Assembly (NCBI GenBank): GCA_000934665.2
Contig: JYFJ02001098.1
Coordinates: forward strand, 1 to 64,000
Reading direction: 5' to 3'
Source: Catajapyx aquilonaris
Lineage: Eukaryota
DNA: 64,000 bases
Shown one piece after another: positions 1-13,533 of this stretch (position 1 is the first letter of the stretch; each line of letters opens with the position of its first letter). The notes under the pieces were generated by a model, which saw nothing but the letters and a program-made list of their open reading frames with translations, had not been told where the DNA came from and did not search any database. The position numbers and the translations under genes were made by a program.

Positions 1-268
1 TTTATATACATTTGTATTCAAATACTGCCCAGCTCTGCCTGTACAGTGTGCATTATTCATTCAGTCCAAGCAAGGGGCGATTATTGCTATAGTGGAAGAT
101 TTTTTTCCCATGGCCGCCTTGTCCGCATGAAACACAGCAGGGCAACGGCAATTATTGGGCGCCTCCTGTACAGTACATCATCATGATAATAATTAATATA
201 ATAATCATATAACTTACATGTAGTAATAGTGAGCAGATAGTGAGTATTACGCACATGATAAAAATTGA

Positions 269-760
269 CTATTTGCATAGTCTGAGCAGGTTTTGCTTCT
301 TTCTGTCTTCTTGGCGAGATTTATTGAGGCCTTTGTCGTAGAAGTGCATTCTCATCAACACTGTGTGACATGTATAGTTTGTGAGCTTCGCAGCCCACAA
401 ATGTTACTCTCATTTTGCTGATATCTGCCAAGATGTCATCAATAGAGCCTCGATGCAGCCTGGATGTACTCAGCTGGTGTGTTACAATCCCTTCTATCAT
501 TCTGAGAAAATTAAAACACTCCTCCGAAGGGTGCACTAACCCACCTTCATTAAACTCATTCACTAATTCTGCACATGCTGCACCTACTGCCTGGTTTGGT
601 TGGCATGTCAGAAGAGAAATGCACTCTTCGCGTCTGTTACTATAGCAGTCACCTATCTGATCGTGTACCCTGCCATGTAATATATGAGCCTGGAGTCACT
701 AGGAGCAGGGTGGTAACAGTGATCATGTATGGTTGCATCTTTAATATCATCAGCTTCCAC
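269..760 (-). pseudogene. Degenerate C-terminal fragment of a P-element/THAP9-type transposase
   Basis: Minus-strand frames read SDSRLIYYMAGYTIR*, then after a frameshift EECISLLTCQ...NEGGLVHPSEECFNFL...GCEAHK, then after another frameshift MRMHFYDKGLNKSRQEDRKKQNLLRLCK*. The motif order YYxAGY, GGLxxPS, CxxH, RxHF is what I recognise from P-element-family transposase C-termini. It contains a stop codon and frameshifts. Confidence 0.7.
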
Positions 761-843
761 TAACCATTTGAGGCCATTCTAATTTTGCCAGCACAATTTC
801 ATCACAATTTTTTGGCGGCGCAGGCACAATATTGCTTGAGGTT

Positions 844-1200
844 TGAGTCCTAAGTCATTGTACTATTTTTATTCGAAAACGGAAATATGTACAGATATGA
901 CCATTACTACGTTTTAAAGGCCCGGCGATTACAATTTGGACTGGAATATAGATGGCCCCGAGATCTCAAGGGGAGCCGGTAAACGAAAGGGGATCGTGAC
1001 CCCCCACCCCGAGCTGCATGAGACGGTGGAAGGGTGGGGGTTATGATCGCCTTTAGTTTTCTGGTCCCCTTTGCGATATGGATGCCATCTATTTATCAGA
1101 TGAAATTGTAATCACCGGACCTTCAAAACTTAGCAAAGGTCATCTCTGTATGTGTTACCATTTTTGAATAAAAAAAATACTCGCCATGACTTTTGACTCA
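844..1200. mobile_element. Fold-back / MITE-like element (~357-bp imperfect palindrome)
   Basis: The arms pair along their whole length: tgagtc..agtcat / atgact..gactca, gattacaattt / aaattgtaatc, atagatggc / gccatctat, and gatcgtgaccccccaccc / gggtgggggttatgatc. The loop is near 1010-1030. No TSD was resolved. Confidence 0.6.
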
Positions 1201-2708
1201 GCCGGTGTAACTTCAAAGTCATTGGGTCAGAGATGACCAAAACATAATAAAAACCATCCTTACGTCGCATATGATGAGAAAAAGGCGTTAGAATTTTTTT
1301 CTTCCCACAATCCTAAATGTGTGCAGTACAGGGTTAAAATGCTTGCGATGTGTGTATGTAAGCCCTCTGATTGCCCATATTGTTGCCGCCAACGCTTCCT
1401 ATTGGCCTTGATTGGCCCCCGTCCATTGTTACTGCGACGTATTGTTATACCATTCTCTTATTGTCACGTCGTATATTAATATATTACTTTTTCTTGTACA
1501 GTAGCCTATACATAAAATGTGTCTTGCTCCGTTGTTCAGTATGGTGTAATGTAATGTAATGATGCAATATAATGTTCCGCACAATGTTGGTGTAATGTAA
1601 TCAATTATTGCAATCAATAAATAATACCGTATGTTTATCCGTTTGTGGCATGTTATTTACCACACTACCACAGACACCCTTCTAATATATTTTAAAATAC
1701 TCTATTATACGACTTAGTAAGTCGGGTGATTAGTATTCCATGAGAGGTAACGACACAGTCATGTGCTACAGTAGGGTAACATTATATCTTGTTGCTTGCG
1801 TGCGAGTTGGGGGGGGGGGGGNATAATTCTACTCTGCACAGCGGGCTTCGGATTTGAGGACTGCAAAATGGGTGTCATTCGATATCCCCACCATTAAACG
1901 CAGGTAGTGTTAATTGCAGTTCAGCCATAACCGTTACATCGCAACTGCTCAAGGTGTAGTCCTATATTTACACATTCTCAGGAACCAACACTATAGAGGC
2001 AAGTAATTCCGAATTTCACTGTGAAATGCAACTAGGTGTGGAAAGTAACGTACTCAGCAAACAAAGTGGCACTAGATATTTCACAGCAAGACAAGTGCAT
2101 TGATAGCAGAATGAACAAAATGCAGAGGAAGGGCAAACATTTTATTTCGTAACACATTACAATTACAGGAACCTACTGCAACCCCAGTTTCAACTGGTAG
2201 TGGTCTCAATAATGAAACAATTACCAAAATTTAACCCTGAGTACTGGTTCTTAAAAGCTGTGTGTGTGTACAATCAGCCTTAATCAACTAAGCACATTTC
2301 AGGCATATAATCTTGTACAGATTATGTATCATGTCCTGAATGTAATAATGAGTCTGCAGTGATTGTCTTGTGCAACACAGTAAATAACAATTACCCTTGG
2401 ACATCTAAGATATGGCATAATTGGCAATCCCTAATGCTAAGTGAATACTAAAATAGACTTTTAATATTATGGTAAATTATCATAAGGAGCAAGGAAAAAT
2501 ATCACCACTCTGATTGGCTTATCTGGCTTTTAAAAAATTGAGTCGAGTGCCACACATCCCGTAATAACACAATGCAAAAAATAAGTAGGCTACTCACAAC
2601 ACTCTTTCGAACTGGCACAACTGTTTTGTAAATACAAGTACATATATGCATATTAGCTACAAATAATCACAATAATTTGATTACAGTTTCATTAATTAGA
2701 CAGCCCAT

Positions 2709-5700
2709 TCAAGCTACAAGTGCAGGCACCTCCTGGTCATCCTCGTCCATTGCATCAAGAGGCAACAAGGGTACCACCACTCCTCTCTGTGGCTTTCCTC
2801 CGCACACTTTCCCCAGAAGTTGCTGCTGGCATGAGCGGCCTGGTCCGCCTCCCCCGCCAGATCCCTTGTCTTGCTGATTGCCGCTGGTTATTGAAAGCCT
2901 GCCATTGCTGCTTCCTCCAGCTTCTTGCAAGTGCTTCAGCTGCCACAGCCAAACAGTGAAGTGATGAAAATGTTCACAATTATCTCAGTAATGAGGCTGT
3001 GAAGACCTAATATACAGTATATCTCAAAAGCCTGTAGGAACTTACCTGCTTATCAATCGCATTAAATTGCCAACCCCACCGAATGTTGTATAGGAATGGT
3101 CTGTGATCATAGCGATTATCATCTGGACTGTAGGTCTCTGCATGGTACGAGGGTGTTATTACAGTCATCTTATGGCGATTTATGGCGTAGCACCTGAAAA
3201 AAAACTTGACCTTCTCGGCAACCTCTTCAGGGCCCTTGCTGTCCCCCCATTGGTGCATTAGTTTCCCAAACATGGAGTATGGCCCACAGAAACTCTGCTT
3301 CCTCAGCCGCCCGTAACAACTCAGCTCAGCATAAGTCATACCCATGTCCGCCTCATCAGTCTGAGCTACCGTCCCAGCAGCTAGTGGCTCCAGTTCGGCT
3401 GTTGGTTCGGCCCCTAAAATGGCATCCAAGGCTGGAAGGTTGAAGGCACTACGAGCGTACACTAAAAATCGGCGTAAATCCACTTTGGATATACTCCCGA
3501 TGGGGTTCACATCAGCCGAGGAGCAGTCATACTTGGTGACATAACCTCTTAGGCACTCATCCACGTTTGATGAACCCACCACCAGCAGCCCACCAGGACG
3601 GCCCCTCACCCACAGCACCAGCTGGGCAAATAAATATGACAGGACCATGCGAAGGCGAGCCTGAAAAGCAGGAGTTAGACTTTGTACCTACTTATGTACC
3701 TACTTATGCTAAAAGAGTACCTGGATATTTTGTAGGGCAAGATTTTCCCTGGGGCTTCCACCGTGGACTTTGAAACGAGGAACCATCTTAGTCGCAGCTG
3801 TGAATATTCCAATTGTTGCAGCAACGGCAGCATCAATCACAATTGGCATGTGGTAACTGAAATTACATGCCAATTTTCAAGCGTTGTGAGAAATCATAAG
3901 AAAACACTTACTGCAATTAGTAAAAATAGATTCATCATGGTGTACACCAATAAGCCCTAGTTTTAAAAAACTTATTACTTAATTATGAACCATCTGGTTG
4001 TCTTTTATAAAGAACATGAATGGTCCACACACTATACAAAATTATACATGTTTCTGCTTGGTTACGCTTCTCTATTCTTAGAGTGCGAATAAAAAATTCC
4101 ATTAATTGGTTCTTAACTAATTGAATTGTTTTGTGTAATGAGTTGTAATATTAATGCATAATTATTGACCTTCCAATTTGTTCTGCAAGCATCCTTGCCC
4201 TCTCTTTGCTTTCGGATCCAGAATTCTCCGTGCCCATGTAGCATGTCACAAACAGCATGTTGCAGAGTTCTTTTGCTTCCCGAGGAGTGTACGAAGGTAT
4301 GCCCACAATGCGCCTCACATCTTCCAAGACCTCCTCACCTAAGAGGGAATTTTTGCGGAGCAGTCAGATGCATAAAATAAGTGGAAGTAATAACATTAAA
4401 AAATGATGATTCAAGCATAAATATTGTGTACATCAACTATGTGAACTAACTTCCTCTTTGGATGGCTTCAACCACGATCCTGCACATGGAATGCACGATG
4501 CAAGCGGAAGCAGCAGAATCGGCCCCACCGCTCAGAGCAAGGAAGTACCCTCCTTGTCCTGACCTGCGGAGATAATCCCACAACCAGCAGGCAGGTCCCA
4601 TTGCTATTTCCTCCTCAGGAGTGTGGAAAACCCATTCCAATGGAGTCCACGATGGCAAGAAAAAGTCCGAGTCAGTCGAGAGCGAGAAGTCCACGACCAC
4701 ACGTGGGTAAGGCTTTGAATGCGACGCACGGACATCACGTGATCTGAGGCAGTTGCGATATGTTCGGATGTCCTCCAGGTCAATCGTAGCAACAGCCACT
4801 TCCTGTTGGGAATAATGTGTAATAATCAAACATTAATGCGCTCTATACATTTGATGAAGAAGGCAATGCTAACCACTTCTTCCAGAGCAAATTGCTTGGT
4901 GCGGCTCAATATGTGACCATTGATTGCGATACAGGATCCTCCATGATAATAAACCCTGTGGATACATTCAATTAGTGCTGGAAATCAACATTCAAGTGTT
5001 GCAATTACCTCTGTCCATCGCATCCCCTGAGGTTGTTGAAGAGGTAGCATCCACCTGACTTGGCGGTAGCTGATTTCACCATATCCACAGCCACGTAGGC
5101 CTTCCTGAGCTCAGTGTGAGACCCAGATCCATTCAGAATGATCTCGACACCATCCAGCGACATTGGAATGTGTGAGCTCTCAGGATTCCACAGCTCCTCG
5201 CAAATCTCGATTCCAATGCATGTGTCCCGCGTGGACAGTACAGCATCGCCGAAAGGAACCGTCGTCTGGGAGGTCACGGCAGTCACCATACGCGGCAGAA
5301 AATGATCCTCGACTTGCCGGATCTTAACCCAAGCCGTAAACCAGCGAGACTCGCGGTAGTTGAAATCATCGCACATCATCATCTTGGGCCGGATCAGCAG
5401 AATCTTCCTGTGAAATCATCAAATGTAATGGTGTTCACGCAAGGCATACAAACTCACTTGTTGTAGAAGAGTACCCGGCAGTTGTACGCAACATTCTTGT
5501 GCATAACCGGCATACCTACGTCCATCAGTATGTCCTGACATACCGGATTGATCAGGAGCTCAACCAGCACTTCCCATGAATGCAGAAATGTGTCGCTTTC
5601 ATGGAAGTGGTCCTCGCAGCTGTATGAACTGTAATAACAAAAAGTCATTACCAACTGTAATGTACTTGTCAATTTGTTTTTTTTTTTAAATTACCAAATT

Positions 5701-5840
5701 TCAAGTTCAGGTCCGCTTCTAAGCTTTGCCCCTAGTTCCTTAGCCTGCCTGACACTCTCTAGGATCCTCCTGAGGTTTCCTTCGAAGTCCAATACCCACT
5801 GGTTCAGACTGCAGACGGACACTGTCACCTTACGACCCAT
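2709..5840 (-). CDS. NADSYN1: Glutamine-dependent NAD(+) synthetase, 9 coding exons, ~766 aa
   Basis: Exons 5840-5695, 5628-5458, 5407-5009, 4955-4874, 4802-4451, 4338-4170, 3856-3721, 3660-3046 and 2939-2709 are all GT-AG and sum to 2301 nt in frame. Nitrilase-like domain motifs: GPELEI, IRPK, EICEELW. Synthetase motifs: [58 protein letters not shown]. Candidate poly(A) signal AATAAA at 2146-2141. Confidence 0.97.
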
Positions 5841-6640
5841 GGTACCGGTACGGCTGTACTGTTGCGGAGACACTCAAGAGGAAGAAAAGCACGTGCCAGG
5901 AGACAAGTGGTACCGATCATTGATCGATAAGCGGAGGTGGCGCCTCCACACGGGAGGTGACTGCATGAGGCGCACAGTTTGAACTCGTATGTACACCAGA
6001 CACATTTTTAATTATAATTTTGGTAATTAGCCATTTTAGACAATTAGTTGGTGTAATTACGGAGATCCTATGATTTACAGAAATATACGGTAACATACGT
6101 GCGTCGTTTGTAACCAAATGTTGCGCAATAAATTTTTAATGTTGATTAATTTATTTAATGCATTTTTTTCTTCTTCAAACTAATGAACCAGAAGCTATAT
6201 GAAGTGCGGAGAGGGGATAAACTATATAAAGCACGCCATGGATATCCAGCAAATATCCACAGTGGATATCCATGAGATTTTCCAGGGACATTCGTGCTAC
6301 TTGGGGCGTTTTTCAAATAATATTTTAAAAATCGTCATAAAATATGTCGACTTCACTGCTAATTAAATGTGAAGGTGCAATTTTAAGTGCATGACTAACC
6401 ATTTAAAATGGAAGAAAAAGCACTAAAGATAATTTAGAGAGCACTCATTGCCAGTGCAAAGTGGAGTGTTTTCGTGCATGGCATCGATTGGCCCCTGGAG
6501 TTGCGCGGTAGATAACCAACCTTGTATGCTCTGTCCAGCACAGAAAACTTTAATAAAAAAAGCTCTCTGCACAGGAGATATTCATCTCAAGGGTTTGACC
6601 CCGACTGTACGGTCGTAATAATAAGTGTGTGTACCGCAGA

Positions 6641-7360
6641 ATGTGCTGGAGATCAGACCATAGAGCACGTGTCCTCTGCATCGCCTACATATCCATGGTA
6701 AGTAAAGCCCTCTCCAACAATAGTGCCCGGACATCTGTTGCGCCTACCGCCCAGTTTGAAATGCAACAACTGTGTTGTGTTATTATATGCCTCCTTTCAG
6801 GCAACCGCATTGTTGGGAAGCGGCATTGTTGCTGCAGGATTCACCATATACGCCTACACTCCCAGCACCAAGGAGAAGAGCAAATACAACATCGGAGGAG
6901 GTGACGATCCTCTTCCATCTTATTATACACACACAAAAATTTGGGTGGGGCTGCTCTTATCTGTGCAGGCGTGGCCCAGGCTGTCATTGCAATGATAACA
7001 CAATAACCTCTCATTGTTGCAGTGTTAGAAACAGTGATGCCGACGGCTCTTGCGGTCAACATCATCCATCACGTTGTGTCCATCTCTCTGGCCTGTGGAG
7101 CCCAGCAGGTATTATAATTATGGCCTACACAGCCAGTAGTTTTATTGTTGTAATAACAATTATTGCCATATATATGGTAACCAAACCTGGACAAACTAAC
7201 AAACTTTGCCTTTTATAATAGAGATAGATCACCATGGAAACTGATGGTTGCCATGTTAACCCAATTTGGACAAACAGACTAACAAACTCTGCCTTTTTAT
7301 ACATTTATAATAGAGATAGATCACTATGGAAACTTGTTGCCATCATGTTTACCCAATCCG

Positions 7361-7392
<32 letters not shown>

Positions 7393-7693
7393 TTACTTTG
7401 TATAATAATGGCGAGTATGGTAATAACTTGTATTGTTACTCGGGCTAATTACTTTGCAGGAGAAGCACACCCTTCTGCTGCCTTGGTTGGGGGCCACGGC
7501 CTTGGCCATTGTTGCTGCATTGTTGGGAGTGGCAGGCATGGCCATCAAGGAGTGGTCAGCGCCGTACTGGACGGCACCTCTGGTGCTGTGGGCCGTGCTC
7601 AACGGGTACTTCTGGCACGATGTGCTGCAGTTTTACAAGGGTCTGAGAGAAAGGGCGGACAGGCGGAGGGAATTGCAGACCAGAACAGTCTAA
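6641..7693 (+). CDS. T1: four-TM family protein (divergent), 158 aa
   Basis: Exons 6641-6697, 6801-6900, 7023-7108 (86 nt), 7460-7693, phases 0,1,0. Exon 4 starts EKHTLLLPW. Confidence 0.85.
7179..7410 (-). repeat. ~3 tandem ~90-bp units with (GACA)n microsatellite; Helitron-like end fragments in T1 intron 3
   Basis: The unit ..ggacaaac..taacaaact(c/t)tgcctttt..tataatagagatagatcac(c/t)atggaaact.. recurs, with (GACA)8 at 7361-7392. The reverse strand reads ATCTATCTCTATTATAAAAGGCAAAGTTTG, resembling arthropod Helitron 5' ends (inference). Confidence 0.5.
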
Positions 7694-9814
7694 TTATTTA
7701 ATTCATATTGAAGATGCAATGCTGAATGCTTTTTTTAAAAATTGTACTGGATGTGTTCCAATAATTATGCAATGTTTTAATTGATTGAAATGTGAATTCA
7801 TGCAGCGTGATGTGAGTGTGTCGCTCTTGATTGGGGTCCCCCAAAAAAAAGAAGCGTTGTGCCTTCTACATAATGTGCGTGTTGTAATATTTTGTCACGA
7901 ATGTTTTGCAGCCTCACGCTCAAAAATGGTGACGTGAGTTGGCGCAATAATATTACTTTAAGATTTTATAAGCTTATAACCAAAGATTAGTAATGTGTGG
8001 TAAGTAGGTTTGTTTGGCTTGGAAATAATAATGCTTATTCAGTGAACCAAAGTAGTCAATGATTTTTATTCATATTTTTCAGTCAGTGTAAATTCTTTTA
8101 AGAAAATGTTAATATTTTCTTTGATACAGATGTGCGATACATTCTGAAACATAAGGAAAATTGCAACAACGAGGGAGCATGTGATTCTTGCTGTTTCTCG
8201 TTATCGCTCCTACCTCGATTACAGTCAAGCTGTGACAATGCATGATGATGGAATACGAACAATGTCCACAAGGACAACTTCCTTTCATCCAGTTACATCA
8301 TATCCTCTTCACACTGTGGCATACACCTGTCACAATAGCAGCTGCAAAGAAAATATTAAAATGAAGGAAAATGACCAAGGTTGTTTGTACAATTACCGCT
8401 ACCGATATATTGACTTTATTGTACATAGTGACAATATTACACATTTAACAAATGTCATACAGGAATGATATTACTAACGGATGCCAGAGTAACATACAAT
8501 ACAGTCATAATACTTTTTTTTTTTTGGTGTGTTTCTTAAATGCAACACTTTCCCCAAGCCTAACTGTACTAAAAGTCTGGCATTCAATGCATCCTGAATC
8601 ATTTAAGTACAAGACCTTCAAAAAGATCTCTTTCCATACTTTAAAAAAAAATCCTTATTGTTTCACATTGGCACCACTGGGAATCATGAATAGCAGCAAT
8701 TGAAAACCCTGAAAAGACAGCACCAGTAATTGCCTGCCAATTTTAGGTTACGGCAACTTATGCCAGAGGATGTCCTTTGATACGAATAATTCTTACAAAA
8801 ATTTGTGGATCACAATTTCGTTTTTTTATAACTAATTTATGACCACTGACTAGACCCCATCCACTGACTCTTTATTTTAGTAAGCGGCAGTGCACTGGGT
8901 CATGAAGGTGTCACTATAGGATGACGACTCGGGTGACGTTGATCAGAAGCTGCGGATGCAACCTACATTACTGTACCTGTAGAATTAACTGTTTAAACAG
9001 CGTTTAATGTGCACACAAGTAAAGCTGCATCCAAGATCGTACACATGGTAAAATTCAGATCTCTAAACTGATTTTAAAAATTATAAGCTGGCCCAATAAC
9101 ATTGGTATGAACTTAAAATCTAATCTAGAGCACGTTGCAATGTAAGTGCGGCACAGATTCCTAATTCTATAGCACAGCCTCGACCTGCTAGCACTACGCT
9201 AGCTAGCTCCATAGTGAAAGCCTATCCCCACCTACGTGAACAACATGTGACGTATTGGCAACTACCCATTTCTTCATAACCTCTGGTTAAATGTTGCTGC
9301 ACCTTTTATGGGCAGGATATTTGAAAAAAAGCTAGTAGTACAAAAACAATTGTTTCAAAGGACGTATCGTGTCCAAATTTGTTCCTCACTTGTTCCAAGG
9401 GTTACAGTCTCCGTAACAGTCTTCCCCAAACACTTTCACAAAAGGGTTTATGACTTGAATTGTAATCCATCCCTAAATAATGTTGGAATTTAGTTCCACT
9501 TGTATTCGCAGCTCTTATGCGGCCATAAATTAACATGAACGATATGCAGCTGCTGTCACAATGACATGTGGAGCAACTTGGCGGATGTCAGACAGCTAGG
9601 AAAAGGAAGATATTCCGAACCATTGCATTCCTTGCGATCCTTTCGCTTTTTGCTGCTATCATCAATCCTTCCAGGAATATCAATATATCCGGATCGTTTG
9701 ATATTTTATTAAACCTAAAATGGAACTGAACCCCAATTTTGTGCATATTTTGTCAGGAGATGGACAGTCTCCAAACCCTACCACCACTTTCTCCGCATTA
9801 TTTCAGTCCTCATT

Positions 9815-11090
9815 TTACACCCTGTCATTCCAGACCTCATCTTCTCGCTTCTGTTCTTGCCTGAGAGCCCATGTCCTCCAGTCCTGTTTGCATGCCACGT
9901 ACAGCCGAAGGGAAGAAGCGGCCAGGAAAGCCACATTGCAACCTAGCACCACGTTTAGGAAGTAACCAGTCGTGGGATTGACATCCGCCGAGGCCAAATA
10001 CAAGCATACGGAAACCGCAATTAAAACAAATGTGCAGGTTACTTGATACAGCATGCTTTCCAGCCCAGAACTTCGGCGTCTCTGAAAATTAGGAATTCAG
10101 TCACGTCACTTCCAATTTACAGACTGATTAGGAAAGAACCTGAACATTCCTAGAAACGTACCGCTAGACTCTGCATCTCTTCAGCATCGGTTTTTGGGTC
10201 TCCTTGTAGTACATCTTGCCTACGAAGAGCCTTCAGTTTGCGGTAAAGTCTGGCCAGACGCATTATGAGGGTGAGGACTATGGCTGTGGACCATGAAAAT
10301 AGGGTCCAGTGGAACATGGACGAAAGTGTCTCCACAACTGGGAAGCAGTTCAGTACAAATGCATCGTAGATCACCACCAGGAACAAACCATGCCATCGGA
10401 CGTTACGACGCTATTAGGTGAAAAATTCAATGTAAAATTTTTGTGAACGACACTGGATTCCTGCAACCAACCTTGTAGGTTTCCATCAGCTTCTCCGATC
10501 CATAGAATGCGAGGCAAAAGACCAGCATAACAATGAAGACTTGCAGCACTGGAAATGGCATTACCATTACACATTTTTCATCTTAAAAAATTATGCTGTA
10601 ACAACATACATTCAAAGTCGAACTCTCCATCCTCCAAGTCGCTGTTGTTGTTGAAATATCCTGGGCCCAGTTCCAGCATAAGCCCGCTGATTCCCAGTAA
10701 CGCAAAACACTGAAAGATGATTACATTACCTTTTTCATTCCGTTGCTAATAAGCGGGTTAACTTACAAAGCATGTGACGACAGTCCACAAGTCGCCGGGG
10801 TATGGATCGTTTGCGATGGTCCTGTCGCTAATCTCCTCTTCAACCGGTATGGGCTTCGTCTTCTTCCAGTCGTCCACATAGTTGCGGGTAGCCTCAGCCG
10901 ACTTTTTGACGGACGCTGCGAACCACACTAAAATCAGATCGACCCGTGACCTCGGATTCGTTTCTGTCTTTCCATCGTCCCTCGTCACGTTGGTCACATT
11001 AGGGTTCAACAAGCACGCATTTTCTTCCGGCGCTGGTGCCGGACTCTCATTTTCTGGCGGAGATTGCGGCTCGGTTTGCTGAGCCTCCAT
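9815..11090 (-). CDS. L1: extended ~6-TM member of the family, 5 coding exons, 338 aa
   Basis: Exons 11090-10767, 10709-10610 (100 nt), 10548-10472 (77 nt), 10410-10162, 10081-9815; GT-AG, phases 0,1,0,0, 1017 nt in frame. It has a long acidic/Pro-rich N-terminus. A probable 5'UTR exon donor lies near 11470. Confidence 0.8.
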
Positions 11091-12229
11091 TGCTGCCTCA
11101 GTACCTGCAACGCACACCAAATTCATTACAATTTCTATACACTTTTATGACCAGCGGTGACGTCAATTTCCATACAAAGGTGGCATGTTCATTGCATTTG
11201 TCAACGTAAAGAAAATGCTACGTACACATAAGGTACACAATTACTTACATTGCAACAAGTACACTGTGCATGAGCATAAATTAATGGTAAGTGTTCCAAG
11301 GTCGAATAGTAAACAAACACTGTTGTGTACTTACTTGGTACCTACCATCTACATATCTTAAAAATTACAGCAAGTACTTGCACCTGCCAACTACTTAACC
11401 CAGACGGAGTAATTGGCGCTAATGAATGTGTTTTTTATCGCAATAATCGCAGGAGATAAAGTGAACTTACTTGTGTTCCTTTCTGTAGGAGGAAAATGGC
11501 TCTGTGGCCTTCAAACTGCGCATGCGTCAAAAGTCTGTACGTATCAAGCGGCCATTTTGAGTCCGACATTTTGGATCCTGAAAAGAGCGGCTGGTTTGAA
11601 TGCGAAAATTGTCGTTACAGCCTTTTTTTGCTTTTCTTTCAGAATCTAAGGGTTTTCTTTAAATGATTTTAGCACGGATATTAAGGTTCATTACACGCGC
11701 CGAATACTGTACAACTAAGTGCTGGGAATAAGCGAATTTGCTTGGGTGACTTTTCTTGCTCTTTCCCCAAGGTTAATGCCTTCAGTTCACGTCATTTGTG
11801 ACGCGGGTATAGTCGGCAAATTTTTTATACCTCACTTGGCTCTCATCGTCCTTTCCGAAGGCCGCTGAAGAGACAAATAACAGGGACGCCAGACTAATGT
11901 TTGTAAATATAATTGTGTTGTAGCATATGATTCCATTTGGATTTGAGCCTGTCATGAAAAGCGAAAGTGTTACGTTAAAAATCACGGTGCCTGGGTTTTT
12001 CCCTATGCAACGAATCAAATCATTTTACTGAGAATTTCACGGACTCCAATTCACTCGAAAAACAGTTGCATAATATTGTGTGGCATATAAGGACAGCAAG
12101 TTGCAATATGGATACGTGCGTAATTTCTCGGGTTCATATCTACGAGTGATTTGTATACAAATGCAAATAATGAGACAATTTGCAGATTATATACGTACAT
12201 AATATGCAATTTTCTCATTCTCAGACGAT

Positions 12230-12275
12230 TAGGCTACATTTTTGGGTATTACGTAATACCCAAAAATGTAGCCTA
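12230..12275. repeat. Perfect 46-bp palindrome with no spacer
   Basis: taggctacatttttgggtattac|gtaatacccaaaaatgtagccta. Confidence 0.95.
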
Positions 12276-13533
12276 TGTGGCCCATTCAGTTAGTTTAGTT
12301 TAGTGTTTGTTTAGTTTTTGTTTAATACAACCGGCCCTATAATTTTTGAAAGTAAAGTACTGCAAGAAAGTACGGAAGCGCGTACTGGTATAGGGCTATC
12401 CTATGCAAGACTGCATGGTGCCGATAAATAAACAAGAGCGATAGACAATACAGTCACGCAGCTAGGCGAGCTAGGCCAACAACCTATAGATAAAATAAGC
12501 TGGAGATAAGGCGGGCTATATAAGACAGGCTTCGTGACAATATAATTTCAACCGCACATCAGTATATGACAGTATACGCATGGATTTGTGAAATCTGGGG
12601 ATCACATGCGTACGTGCTAAATAACACGGCCGGGCAATTTTAAATGGAAATTGTTTACACTGTTTACACATGAGTACGTGTGCGTAAACACACGTGACGT
12701 CAGACCCCCGGGATCCCGTCTCGGGCTTGGGCTCCAATCGGGGGGATTCCCCTTGGCCACGACCAGGCTTGGAAGGGAAACCCCGCCTCTGTTCTCTTTG
12801 AACCTATACACCAAAAGAGCCTGACAAACTAGTATTTTCCTCACACAGTTTGAATGTACTCTGAAGTCCTGTGGTCAAGAAAAGTCTGTGCGGAGGTAAG
12901 TGAAGGAACATTAATGTTTGAAGGGTTTGACAGTCATGGGTTTATTTTGCGATCAGCTCCTGTACAGGCCTACACACCGTACTAATAAGTGATAATACAT
13001 AGCCACGCCAGGCTCTATAGACTCCTGATTTGCAATTTACTTCTAAAGTACTCCATATGTAGACTACTACATAAATGAAAAGGAAATAATAGTGTCGACA
13101 ATATTATTAGTATACCGTAATCATTATTTATTGTTCGGTGTTTTCCTTTTCTTGAGTCGTCTGTACGGTTCAGCGATTGTGACATTTTCTGCGAATATTT
13201 TCCGGTTGGGATTGTCAATATGTTGTAATTTTACAACTGATGTTGTAATATTACAACGTCTAGTAATATACGTCATAGCATATGTCATAGCGGTTTTTAC
13301 AAGGCCACATTCGCGGAAGAAGGTGTAGAAAACTGCAATTTTCAACTTTGACGTCATTGCAATTAGTAAACGCCAGAAGGTTTACGAAGTGCTCTAAATT
13401 AGAACTGGCAAAAGACAAGCATTGTTCGCTGTACTATATAGTACGGACACTTACTTCATGACGTTACTGCAATTGCTTGACTTACATTCTAAGACGGCCC
13501 CCTCTTATATTTTTCTTTCTTGCAGAGCCCAAT

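Noticed and set aside
1809..1822. G-run followed by an N
   Set aside because: This is a sequencing/assembly ambiguity at a homopolymer.
6969..7022. Alternative T1 exon-3 acceptor at 6968
   Set aside because: It gives an in-frame stop, whereas the acceptor at 7022 gives the family-standard 86-nt exon.
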